DNA from: an uncultured virus (IMG/VR IMGVR_UViG_3300034082_001676)
Lineage: Duplodnaviria > Heunggongvirae > Uroviricota > Caudoviricetes
Length of the DNA stretch: 64,000 nucleotides
Virus record (IMG/VR): IMGVR_UViG_3300034082_001676
Span: 1-64,000 of that record
Strand: one strand, 5' to 3'
Positions 1-8,621 of the stretch are shown one piece after another (position 1 is the first letter of the stretch; every line of letters begins with the position of its first letter). The translations under genes and the position numbers were made by a program. Under the pieces are notes generated by a model. The model did no database searches. It saw only the letters and a list, made by a program, of their open reading frames with translations, and was not told the DNA's origin.

Positions 1-346
1 CACGTTCTTTATACATACGTACACGCTCAGCCATCATTTGTTCCCAAACATCACTATTACCACTATATATCAACAGTTCTTTGAGTTGTTTTTCTGCGTC
101 TCGCAAGGCTTTACTCTGCATGGCAATTTCTATTGACATGGCTCTGATCTGTCCGTCTGTGAGAATCTTTTTGCTGGTTTGTGCGGCTGCATTAGCACTG
201 TGAATTTTATCGCTGTTTTCAAAGAACTTGGCAAACTGTCCGTAAAGGCTGTTGACATCCTTGCCTAAGGCAATGGCCTTTTTAATATAACCAACTGATT
301 GTTGTGCGGCTGTAAAAGCAATGCCAAGGGTAATAGGATCAATCAT
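1..346 (-). CDS. Hypothetical phage protein, partial (runs off window start)
   Basis: Hand-translated, not in ORF track: MIDPITLGIAFTAAQQSVGYIKKAIALGKDVNS...; ATG overlaps stop of upstream ORF (ATGA). Confidence 0.7.
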   Translation of the reverse strand, partial: MIDPITLGIAFTAAQQSVGYIKKAIALGKDVNSLYGQFAKFFENSDKIHSANAAAQTSKKILTDGQIRAMSIEIAMQSKALRDAEKQLKELLIYSGNSDVWEQMMAERVRMYKER

Positions 347-501
347 GTTTTCTTAGGATCCTTATCTTTGGGTGGCGGCTTAGTCCATTCTAAGCATACA
401 ACTCGACGATTATAAACATCCCCGGTCCAAGTCCATTTTACACAACGAGGCTCCTGGGCTAGCATGCCTGCCAACATCAATGAGCCTATGGCGTTGAACA
501 T
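343..501 (-). CDS. Small hypothetical protein, 52 aa, hydrophobic N-terminus, 2 Cys
   Basis: Hand-translated MFNAIGSLMLAGMLAQEPRCVKWTWTGDVYNRRVVCLEWTKPPPKDKDPKKT; fills the gap between neighbours with ATGA coupling. Confidence 0.65.
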   Translation of the reverse strand: MFNAIGSLMLAGMLAQEPRCVKWTWTGDVYNRRVVCLEWTKPPPKDKDPKKT

Positions 502-502
502 A

Positions 503-2386
503 CTATGGTCCCGTGCCTTGTGTTACTGAAACACTACATCCAGATAATGTAGCACACTGTTGTGTAATATTAATGTTTTGTGCTGTGGTGCCTTGTTGTA
601 TTAGATTAACTGTGCTAGAGCCACCAGCATTGGTCAAGTTGATAGTGGCTTTGTGACTGCCTGCGTCCTTTTGACTGGCAGTAACATTGTGCCCGTTGCC
701 TGTTAGGCTTAGATCAAAGTAACTGCCTGATCCTTGTTGTGTAACATCAAATACATTAGTATTACCGTTGACAACGCCAAAGAATGTTTTCTCACCGTTG
801 CCCATTTGCTTCAGTGTTCCTTGATTGCTATTACCAGTGACATCAACATAGGCAAAGTGCCCACTTGCAGTTCCGCCGTCATTGCTTTGTTTTAGACTCA
901 ACGTGTTTGTGCTGCCGTTGATATTTAGACCCATATAGTGTCCACCACTCTCTTGTCCGTCTTGTAAGCCAGTTGTAGGATTACGTGCTTGCCATAAGGT
1001 AATGTTATTTGTGTTGCCTGTGACGCTGAATTCAAACAAGTTCTTACCCAGGGTATCACCTTGTTTGATGTTTAAGGTATTGTTGTCACCGTCTATGACA
1101 GCGTAGTCAGTGCCACCTAGGCCTGAGATCTTATTATAGTTGCCTGTTTGTTCAATGGTTATTGCATTACCGCTACTGCCAATCTTTTGATCAAGATATA
1201 AACTGTTGCCCAATGTAATGTTACTAACACGACTCTTAGCAGAATTCTTCTGCGCTGTTTGATTTACAGTTATGTCGCTAGTAGAAGGCCAAGTAGGAGC
1301 ACAGTCGGCGCAAACGCTGCCTGCTTGACCTGGATTAGCAGGAGTTCCGCCTGAACCAGTATCAGTACTAGTAACGCCATCATTTAAATCATAGTAGTAG
1401 GTAACTTCAGCAATTTGCATACTGTCGCAGTTTAACCCACAGAATTCCCCTGCTTTAGTTGTTGGAAACAATATGAAGTAGTAGATATAGGCAGTAGTAT
1501 TGCCTGTCGCTATTTCGGGACTAGTCCAAAATCTCGACTCGCTTAAACTTAAACTATCTTGTTTAATCAGTGTCCAGTTGGCACCGTTATTACTACCATA
1601 CAGTTTATAGCTAGTAGGATCACGGCCACTAAAATCATTAGCAGTTGTAATAGTAAATTTCTGAACCACTCGACCTTGACTTAGTTTGACAGTTACACCT
1701 GCATTCTTTTTGTCAAAATTTAGATATTTGGTATTAACATTGCCGTCAAAGGCCTGTGTTGCACCTTCTCCAAACGGACTGTTATTGCTAGTGGGAAATA
1801 TAGTGCTGATAACCACAGGTGTGCTATTAGTTCTAATCAATTTCCAGTCAGCCGGGGCACTACTCGGTGTAGTTGTAGCAGTTTGTCCTGCGGTCAACGG
1901 TACAGTAGAATAGTTAGCGTTGGCATAAGTGTTGGCCTGTGCTACTGTGGGGTTAAGTGTGCCAGTCCATGAAACACCGTTAGTGTTATTCATACCACTT
2001 GATCCACTGAATAACTGTCCTGTGTTATTGTCACTGCCCACAAAGAAGAAATAGTCAGGACCCATGTTGACAATCTTACCGGTGCCAATAGTACCTGCTA
2101 GTGTGCCATTGCTATTGTAAACTTTACCTTCGTAAGGGTAACTACCATTACCAGTTGCTGCAAATTGAACATATTGTCCTGCTTGCCAACTCCAGGTTCC
2201 GTTAAACCAAGGAATCTTATACATAGTACCCGGTTGTTTACTGTAGATTTGGCAGGTAGTAGTATTGAGACAGGCATTGACATTCCACTGACTGTCGGCA
2301 ATTTGGCTTTGTCCAAACTTGATATCAGTTAGGTCAGCAAATGCATTAGAGCATACGAACAGTAAAGCTAATAATATCTTTTTCAT
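503..2386 (-). CDS. Secreted protein with discoidin (F5/8 type C)-like domain and C-terminal curlin-like repeats
   Basis: Signal peptide (AFA-D); AFDGNVNTKY...RDPTSYKLYGSNNGANW discoidin-type motifs; repeated Q-x-G-x-x-N units in last ~240 aa. Confidence 0.7.
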   Translation of the reverse strand: MKKILLALLFVCSNAFADLTDIKFGQSQIADSQWNVNACLNTTTCQIYSKQPGTMYKIPWFNGTWSWQAGQYVQFAATGNGSYPYEGKVYNSNGTLAGTIGTGKIVNMGPDYFFFVGSDNNTGQLFSGSSGMNNTNGVSWTGTLNPTVAQANTYANANYSTVPLTAGQTATTTPSSAPADWKLIRTNSTPVVISTIFPTSNNSPFGEGATQAFDGNVNTKYLNFDKKNAGVTVKLSQGRVVQKFTITTANDFSGRDPTSYKLYGSNNGANWTLIKQDSLSLSESRFWTSPEIATGNTTAYIYYFILFPTTKAGEFCGLNCDSMQIAEVTYYYDLNDGVTSTDTGSGGTPANPGQAGSVCADCAPTWPSTSDITVNQTAQKNSAKSRVSNITLGNSLYLDQKIGSSGNAITIEQTGNYNKISGLGGTDYAVIDGDNNTLNIKQGDTLGKNLFEFSVTGNTNNITLWQARNPTTGLQDGQESGGHYMGLNINGSTNTLSLKQSNDGGTASGHFAYVDVTGNSNQGTLKQMGNGEKTFFGVVNGNTNVFDVTQQGSGSYFDLSLTGNGHNVTASQKDAGSHKATINLTNAGGSSTVNLIQQGTTAQNINITQQCATLSGCSVSVTQGTGP

Positions 2387-3561
2387 CTAAAGTTCTGATT
2401 GATAACAATCTGTCCCACGGCTTTACCACTGCTGAAGTTCCAACTGTTGGTCTGCATGTCCTGTGTAACAATCACCTGCACTTTGGTATCTAAAGGCATA
2501 ACAACATTAGCATAGTTGCGACTGTTAGGGCTTAGGCTTTCAAACATCCAACCTATTTGTTGTGTTTCGCTTTTATCTTTAAACAATTTCTTAACGTAGG
2601 GATTTTCAGTTTCGCTTACTGCGGCCACTTCAGTGACTAAGGCATCTTTGTTAGCGGCAGTATCTAATCCTACCTTAGTAGCAGTGTCTAAATTCTCATC
2701 GCCTTCATTGGCACTACGTCCTTGCTTATAAGACTTGTTGCTTCCACCTTTTTCACCTTTACTAGCCACTTGTTGTTTTTCGCCATCTTTAGCATCATCT
2801 TTGTCATCTTTGTCTTTGTCGTCTTTTTTGCCGTCTTTCTTCGCATCGCCTGTCTTTTCAGCAGCAGCACGAGCAGCAGCGATCACGCTGACTCCAGTAG
2901 TAGTTCTTGGAGGATTAACCATTAGGTTGTTGCCAATGGCCATGCCGTTGAGAGCAACAATAACAGCAGGACTAGGAATACCATTTAATGTTTCAACTAA
3001 GGTAGCTTGATAAGGACGATTAAGTTTAACTATGCCTGCCGGTGTCTCTACATCAATAGCGCCACTGCCGCAGGTAAGTCCTTTTAAGTTTACGTTTTGT
3101 TCTATTTCACAGGTTGGCATCAACATGATCATACTAGCGCCTGTTTCACTAACAGCCATGACAAAGTCTGTGCCACGAACAGCAATGGCCGCAGTAGGTG
3201 TGTTGATTTTTACATTCTTGGGGTCTTTGGCAATACTGCCTGATACATAGCGCACAGTACCTGCGGCAGCTTTAAGTCCTAGTTTTCCGGCACCGCTTTT
3301 AGGATCATATACAAAATCGTCAATAATAAGGCTACTCGACTCAGTAACAGTAACGTTCGTATCGTCTTTAAAAACGATCTTGACTTTTCCATTCTTAGTT
3401 TCAATCTTGTCATTGGTTTTGATTTCTGTGCCTTTGACAATTTGAATTGTATCTTTACCACGCTTGATAATAGCAGTACCGGACGATTCAGTAACCGATC
3501 CGATATCTGCCCATGCCGACACGGCTGTGATCAAGCCTATGATAAGAGCAGCAACTCTCAT
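2383..3561 (-). CDS. FecR-domain periplasmic protein
   Basis: Signal peptide; FKDDTNVTVTESSSL...INTPTAAIAVRGTDF is the FecR-domain signature; K/D-rich linker. Confidence 0.8.
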   Translation of the reverse strand: MRVAALIIGLITAVSAWADIGSVTESSGTAIIKRGKDTIQIVKGTEIKTNDKIETKNGKVKIVFKDDTNVTVTESSSLIIDDFVYDPKSGAGKLGLKAAAGTVRYVSGSIAKDPKNVKINTPTAAIAVRGTDFVMAVSETGASMIMLMPTCEIEQNVNLKGLTCGSGAIDVETPAGIVKLNRPYQATLVETLNGIPSPAVIVALNGMAIGNNLMVNPPRTTTGVSVIAAARAAAEKTGDAKKDGKKDDKDKDDKDDAKDGEKQQVASKGEKGGSNKSYKQGRSANEGDENLDTATKVGLDTAANKDALVTEVAAVSETENPYVKKLFKDKSETQQIGWMFESLSPNSRNYANVVMPLDTKVQVIVTQDMQTNSWNFSSGKAVGQIVINQNFR

Positions 3562-3570
3562 TGCCGTTCC

Positions 3571-4359
3571 TTAGTTCTTCTGTGTTATATTGAATATACC
3601 GCTGTTGGATATACTTTTGATATTAACCACGTTGTCAATAGTTCCAGTTTGGCTGATAGTAAACTTGTTGCTGTTACCAGCCAAGTCAACCCAAACACTA
3701 CTACCAGCTGCACCAGTTGAACGCTGACTGATGTTAAACTCGTTAGTATCACCTACCACTTTGATTGTGTCAGTGTGCTTGCCACCAATAGCATCAATGA
3801 AGAACTTGTTGGTGTTGCCCGTTACATCAATAGCAGCTTTCAAGTCGTCGCCTGTGCCACGATATTGAATTTCATTGCTGTTGCCTGTGAACTTCATGTT
3901 TAGGTCAGCTGCTTTACATCCCGTTAGTGCTGTAGTTCCATCGCTGGCATTGCCATAACCGCAGGCCACGTCAGCTTTGTTAGTGTTACCCAACTGCTGA
4001 ATAGTCACGGTTGCGCCAACACCTGTGCCTGTGGTGTCGTTCTTTACTTCTAGGTTGATTTCGTTGCTGGCACCAACTTGGTTAGTAACAATCTTCTGAT
4101 CAATGCCACGTAGGTATACTGGACGAGCAGCTGATCCTGCTTTGTTACCTGATCCATTTTGTGTCATATTGACATTAGGATTGTCACCGCTTTGATCGAT
4201 AAAGATGCGGTTAGTTGTGGCAATGGCTAGTGAGGCTGTTGCGTTAGGGCTAACAGTTACCATTGTTGGGATTGTGGCTGCACTTGGTGCAGTTACAGCA
4301 GTCTGGGCCATTACTGGAAATGCTGCTGCTAATAATATTGTTATAATTGTTTGTTTCAT
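3571..4359 (-). CDS. Curlin-like repeat protein (candidate CsgA/CsgB-type subunit)
   Basis: Signal peptide; repeats such as IDQSGDNP, MTQNGSGN, IQQLGNTN, ISQTGTIDN; lies directly downstream of csgG. Confidence 0.65.
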   Translation of the reverse strand: MKQTIITILLAAAFPVMAQTAVTAPSAATIPTMVTVSPNATASLAIATTNRIFIDQSGDNPNVNMTQNGSGNKAGSAARPVYLRGIDQKIVTNQVGASNEINLEVKNDTTGTGVGATVTIQQLGNTNKADVACGYGNASDGTTALTGCKAADLNMKFTGNSNEIQYRGTGDDLKAAIDVTGNTNKFFIDAIGGKHTDTIKVVGDTNEFNISQRSTGAAGSSVWVDLAGNSNKFTISQTGTIDNVVNIKSISNSGIFNITQKN

Positions 4360-4387
4360 TTTTTGCTCCTAACCTTGTGGGTTATTT

Positions 4388-5326
4388 TTACTTCCAGAAC
4401 TGGATTCGTGTCCAGATACTCTTCTCTTTGCTTCCTTCAACACTTTTTCCGCTATCGGACTGCTGTGGTGAGGATGCAGTTTTGGCTGCGTCTTTGGTCT
4501 TGGTTTGTGCTTGAACCAACTCATTGGACTTCTCCTTGAATTGCCACAGGCCACCACGCTCTCCCTTTTTAATCAACTCAATAACCGCTGTTTCGATTGC
4601 TGAACGTAGGGCATAGTTACCTGGCTCGTTAAATGTTTGGCTTGAATCAAATTCAAATGCCTGTGTTGCTTGGTTGAAAAACTTCAACGCAGTGGCACCG
4701 TCGGCGGTGCTGAGCAAGTTCTTTTCCACTGTAACAGTGGTTAGTACTTCTCCAGTTTGAACACTGACCAAACGTAGGCTGATCACAACCACGTCTTGAG
4801 TATAGGCGGTAGATGTTCCAATACCTAACCAACGAGCACCTGTGCCGCCTGTTAGTGTATTGCTGTTATAATCAATAATGCCACCTTCTAGAATAACACC
4901 AGCCATTTGCAATGGTGGTAACGGTTTGGCATTAGCGCCTTCGTAGATCTCACGTGTCTGTTTGATCATCTGACGCTCTTTTAACAAGTTGTCCAAGCCA
5001 ACACGCTCAACAACTGTGAACCATTGACGATTACCAACTTCTTGTAAACTCTTCATTAGGTATGCTTCAGCACCCTGGGTGACTGCTGTTGAAAACAAGC
5101 TGAGTGTTGAACTTGGCTTTCGCTGTCCTGTTAGGTCTTTGAAACCATACACTGCCACTGTCACTGCCGGACCTGCTGGTGCAGGAACATTGGCAAAACT
5201 CTTGTTGATTGTGTCTGTAACTGTAGCTTCTTCTTTGATTTGTGTACTGCCCCATGGACGTACGGTTGAACATCCAGCTAGGGCTACTACGGCTAATGTG
5301 ATTAAGGATAATTTAATTGCTTTCAT
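4388..5326 (-). CDS. csgG: Curli assembly/transport lipoprotein CsgG
   Basis: Lipobox LAGC; VAVYGFKDLTGQRK, STAVTQG, WFTVVERVGLDNLLKERQ, EGGIIDY, LRLVSVQTGEVL, NEPGNYALRSAIETAV match CsgG. Confidence 0.92.
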   Translation of the reverse strand: MKAIKLSLITLAVVALAGCSTVRPWGSTQIKEEATVTDTINKSFANVPAPAGPAVTVAVYGFKDLTGQRKPSSTLSLFSTAVTQGAEAYLMKSLQEVGNRQWFTVVERVGLDNLLKERQMIKQTREIYEGANAKPLPPLQMAGVILEGGIIDYNSNTLTGGTGARWLGIGTSTAYTQDVVVISLRLVSVQTGEVLTTVTVEKNLLSTADGATALKFFNQATQAFEFDSSQTFNEPGNYALRSAIETAVIELIKKGERGGLWQFKEKSNELVQAQTKTKDAAKTASSPQQSDSGKSVEGSKEKSIWTRIQFWK

Positions 5327-5335
5327 ATTTTCTCC

Positions 5336-5818
5336 TTAAAAACTAAAACTAGCAATTGGAACTATAACTCGAGTAACAGTACCTTTGGCATCTACTACTG
5401 TCAGTGTAACTTTGTCGTTGGCCTTGGCCCAGGTAACTGTATTACCATCTAGAGCAAAGTTACCTGTTGTTGGATTCACGCAACCTGGAATCGCCGTGCC
5501 ATCTGCGGCAGCGCATTTGTTTGTGAATAGGTTGTTGCTTAACTGTGTTGCAAGTTGAGCATATACTTGACTTTGAAATAGACTCATGAATCTATTCAAC
5601 GGGGTGTTTAGCAGTTCAGCCTCAGCTTTGGCAATGGCTGCTTTTTTGTCTGCTTCGATAGCATCACGTCGTGACTTTTCAATGCTGTCAATGGTCAACA
5701 CATGACTGCTAAATCCAATGCCACTAAAGGCTGGATTTTTAAATTGTTGTACTAACTCTGCTTGTGCAGTCGTGGATAATGCCAGCATCATCCCTAGTGT
5801 CACTAAGGTTTTCTTCAT
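5336..5818 (-). CDS. csgF: Curli assembly protein CsgF-like
   Basis: Signal peptide then ELVQQFKNPAFSG (CsgF N-terminal FxNPxFGG-like motif); directly upstream of csgG. Confidence 0.75.
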   Translation of the reverse strand: MKKTLVTLGMMLALSTTAQAELVQQFKNPAFSGIGFSSHVLTIDSIEKSRRDAIEADKKAAIAKAEAELLNTPLNRFMSLFQSQVYAQLATQLSNNLFTNKCAAADGTAIPGCVNPTTGNFALDGNTVTWAKANDKVTLTVVDAKGTVTRVIVPIASFSF

Positions 5819-5825
5819 CGGTTCG

Positions 5826-5855
5826 CTCCCGGGTTTGTAATGTATTTACCGGGAG
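5826..5855 (-). promoter_or_regulatory. TAAATA late-type promoter enclosed in an inverted repeat that covers the csgF Shine-Dalgarno
   Basis: Minus strand CTCCCGG-TAAATA-CATTACAAAC-CCGGGAG-CGAACCG-ATG. Confidence 0.55.
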
Positions 5856-5881
5856 TTGTGCTAGAATAAACTATGAGTTAT

Positions 5882-6250
5882 CTAAAGACAGATGACAGCC
5901 GCAATGGCCAAGTAAGATGCTTGATGCGCTAGTTGATCTAGGCCGAATTGATTCCAAAATAAGGGTTTAGTATTGTCTTTGCAACCGTATTTTACCTTGG
6001 TGTAATCTATTACATAATGATATACGCCTTCAATAACTGCTACAGATATCATTGTAACAGCACTGATTGGATGAAAGAAACTAAAAATCAACAATAATAC
6101 TAATGTTCCCCAGACATGATCTAGCGTATGACTTATGCCAACAGGATCTAGCCACACACCTTTTTTAACGGTCTGCATATAGGTCTGTATCTTAAAATCA
6201 GCATACCAGTGCTTGATTTGAAACAGTAGTAAAAGTGCAAGAATTTCCAT
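5882..6250 (-). CDS. DUF3307-like membrane protein
   Basis: HWYADF..QT, HYVIDY.K and DQLAH motifs with hydrophobic helices. Confidence 0.75.
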   Translation of the reverse strand: MEILALLLLFQIKHWYADFKIQTYMQTVKKGVWLDPVGISHTLDHVWGTLVLLLIFSFFHPISAVTMISVAVIEGVYHYVIDYTKVKYGCKDNTKPLFWNQFGLDQLAHQASYLAIAAVICL

Positions 6251-6273
6251 GTTAGCTATTTATATAGCTGAAT

Positions 6274-6954
6274 TTATTTCAATTCAGGAAAAAGACAGTC
6301 CTGGATAAACATTTGGACATCTTCCTCGCTTAAACCTAAACTGACCATTACTTTAGGAGTATGTGGGTTTTGCTTTTGGTTTTGAGCATAGTAATTCTGC
6401 TGATCTTTGGTGCTTTCTGCAGTATTATTAGTTTCTCCCACACATTCTGTGTAGTGATTAACTAGTATATGTGCTAGACTTGCAATCTGTGCTAATTCGC
6501 TTTCGTCGCTGACATTGCCCGCAGCAATCATATGCGGACTAAAAATACGCTCTGCCCATTCGGGAAGTTTACGTGGTTTATTCCAGTCGTATCGGCCAAC
6601 TTCTTCAGCAAAGTATTCAATCATAGGATGATCAAAATCACCTGTAGGACTATAATCAATAAAGCAACCTGTGATCTTATTCTTACCTGCTATTACGTCA
6701 AAGCCAAAAATAGGAGCAGGGTTGTGTGTATGTGGAAACACACAGCAGTGCATCATCCATAACCCTTTACTTTCTCGAGCATCTACAACATCAATGTGAG
6801 CACGACGATAACGATCGCTAGTCCAGATGCGATTAACCCAACCTGGCTGATTAAATCTTTCCATCCCAGATTCATTAACCTCTTGACCCGTGCGGCTGAA
6901 GTTATCTTCCAATAGATGTTGGATCTCAACTAACTTTTCCCAAACTTGACTCAT
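6274..6954 (-). CDS. pcyX: Ferredoxin-dependent bilin reductase, PcyX/PcyA family
   Basis: RRAHID, MMHCCVFP, PIFGFDVIAG, LPEWA..IFS, QNYY..NQKQNPHT motifs; D55/H69/D86; adjacent to heme oxygenase. Confidence 0.85.
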   Translation of the reverse strand: MSQVWEKLVEIQHLLEDNFSRTGQEVNESGMERFNQPGWVNRIWTSDRYRRAHIDVVDARESKGLWMMHCCVFPHTHNPAPIFGFDVIAGKNKITGCFIDYSPTGDFDHPMIEYFAEEVGRYDWNKPRKLPEWAERIFSPHMIAAGNVSDESELAQIASLAHILVNHYTECVGETNNTAESTKDQQNYYAQNQKQNPHTPKVMVSLGLSEEDVQMFIQDCLFPELK

Positions 6955-7499
6955 CAGTGCCTTTCATTGTTTAGAGCCTTCATTATCTTGATAGCCCATT
7001 CAAAGGCTATTCGAGCTTCGGGTCCTAGGTCATCAGTGAGTTCAGCACGGATGGCTGCTTTTAAATTATGTGCATCGTCAAAGTCATAGAATCTTCCTTG
7101 ACCCGGCGCTTTCTTTTTAATAATTTGTCCGCCAAACAAGTCTCCCATATGACGACAATACATATGAGCTTTTATCAAATGTTTTCTTTCAGGATTCATA
7201 TTGAGTTCTAAAAGATATTGATAGTACTCAATGGTAACCGGCAACCAAAACAAGTTGTGATGTGGACCAACTAGTTCTATACAATCTTGATAGATCTTGT
7301 GTGTTCGTTCAATATCTTTTAGATTGGTCAACATTCCTTGACTTTTACAGGCAGTTTCGATACCGTTATAGACCAGCACCATTTGCCAAAGATAATTAGC
7401 ATATTCTTCTGCGGTAAAAGACCCGCTGACCAATTTCGTTGCGAAGATTGTTTTTTCTGCTTCTTCGTGCAGATCGTGTGTGATTTCTCGTAGACTCAT
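6954..7499 (-). CDS. hemO: Heme oxygenase
   Basis: LREITHDLHEEAE (proximal His) and HMYCRHMGDLFGGQII distal-helix motif. Confidence 0.9.
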   Translation of the reverse strand: MSLREITHDLHEEAEKTIFATKLVSGSFTAEEYANYLWQMVLVYNGIETACKSQGMLTNLKDIERTHKIYQDCIELVGPHHNLFWLPVTIEYYQYLLELNMNPERKHLIKAHMYCRHMGDLFGGQIIKKKAPGQGRFYDFDDAHNLKAAIRAELTDDLGPEARIAFEWAIKIMKALNNERH

Positions 7500-7510
7500 A
7501 ATATGTATAT

Positions 7511-7780
7511 TTAATTCTTTAATTTGAACTTCAAAAGAAAAATCAGGAGGTCTTTCTCCTGATCTAATTTAACAGTATATATCTGTTCATTTTGCCTTTG
7601 AAAATGCCATCTTTGGCCTAATGGGCCAAACAAACTTTCTAGATATGCTATCAAGGTTCTTTTTCCTTTTTTCCCAGAAGTTTGATTGCCGCTTCTACAA
7701 TCAAAAAGAGTTAGCCAATATTGAAATCTCTTTGTGCCAAGATCAGTGTATTTTATAACTCTGATATCTTCTTGATTCAT
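7511..7780 (-). CDS. Hypothetical protein
   Basis: 89 aa ORF coupled to clpS by ATGA overlap. Confidence 0.6.
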   Translation of the reverse strand: MNQEDIRVIKYTDLGTKRFQYWLTLFDCRSGNQTSGKKGKRTLIAYLESLFGPLGQRWHFQRQNEQIYTVKLDQEKDLLIFLLKFKLKN

Positions 7781-8079
7781 GCATCTGGTTCAATGGTTAC
7801 CACTAAAGGAAATCCATTTTGTCTTGCAGCCTGAGTAGAATCGATGCCTTTTTGTTCGGCGATTTCGTGTGTATAGATTCCTGCTACCGCACTACCCGTG
7901 TTGTGTATTTCCAAGGTAATGTCTTTGGCTCGATCCTGTGCGTGTTTGAATATTTCAGTTAACACTTCGATGACAAATTCCATAGGAGTTTTATCATCGT
8001 TCAGCAATACAACTTTCCATAGCTTTGGTGGCTGTAAGGAAACTGTTATTTTTTCATCAATTTTTAAATCAGTGGACAT
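7777..8079 (-). CDS. clpS: ATP-dependent Clp protease adaptor ClpS
   Basis: WKVVLLNDDKTPMEFVIEVL...IH..GSAVAGIY..EIAE.K...FPL. Confidence 0.95.
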   Translation of the reverse strand: MSTDLKIDEKITVSLQPPKLWKVVLLNDDKTPMEFVIEVLTEIFKHAQDRAKDITLEIHNTGSAVAGIYTHEIAEQKGIDSTQAARQNGFPLVVTIEPDA

Positions 8080-8097
8080 ATTTTTATTTGCTCCAAA

Positions 8098-8120
8098 TTA
8101 GGGGAGTAAGTCTCCCCTAA
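8098..8120 (-). terminator. Hairpin between hsp20 and clpS (terminator or stability element)
   Basis: TTAGGGGAG-TAAGT-CTCCCCTAA inverted repeat; only a short U tract follows. Confidence 0.5.
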
Positions 8121-8124
8121 TTAA

Positions 8125-8562
8125 TTACTTAATTTCCACAATATCAATGATACGTGGTTTTTCGGATTCCGGAACGTTACGGAAAAGTTGAATTCTCAAC
8201 ATACCGTTTCTAATCTCGGCTACCTTAACTTCCATGTGCTCTGCTAAAGTAAAAGTTTTTTCAAAGTCTCGTGTAGCAAGTCCACGATGAAGGTACATGG
8301 CATCTCCTAAAGACATTTCTTTAGATTCGCCAAATACGCTCAATTGATTGCGCTCGACTTCTACTCGAATTTCTTCCTTCTCAAATCCAGTAATTGCAAT
8401 TTGAATTTCGTATTGGTCTTCATTCCATTTGAGGATATTAAATGGAGGATAGTTGGTAGACACTTGGTTGGCAAATCTGCGTTCCATTTGGTCAAACATT
8501 GTGTCAAATCCCACAAGTGCTCTGCTCAGTGTGTCTAATCTCGATAGTTGATTGTTGTTCAT
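8125..8562 (-). CDS. Small heat-shock protein Hsp20/IbpA family
   Basis: NYPPFNI, YLHRGLATRDF..TFTLAEHMEV, NGML; start moved to ATG at 8562 behind AAGGAG. Confidence 0.95.
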   Translation of the reverse strand: MNNNQLSRLDTLSRALVGFDTMFDQMERRFANQVSTNYPPFNILKWNEDQYEIQIAITGFEKEEIRVEVERNQLSVFGESKEMSLGDAMYLHRGLATRDFEKTFTLAEHMEVKVAEIRNGMLRIQLFRNVPESEKPRIIDIVEIK

Positions 8563-8567
8563 AATAG

Positions 8568-8585
8568 TCTCCTTATAAAGTAAGA
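8568..8585 (-). promoter_or_regulatory. ROSE-like SD-sequestering hairpin upstream of hsp20
   Basis: Minus strand TCTTACTTTATAAGGAGA; identical 18-mer at 10528-10545. Confidence 0.55.
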
Positions 8586-8621
8586 ACAATGGGGGCCTCG
8601 AAAGTACCCCCTATTTGACAA

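Noticed and set aside
2760..2850. Lys/Asp-rich repetitive stretch in the FecR gene
   Set aside because: Low-complexity protein linker, not a regular DNA repeat.
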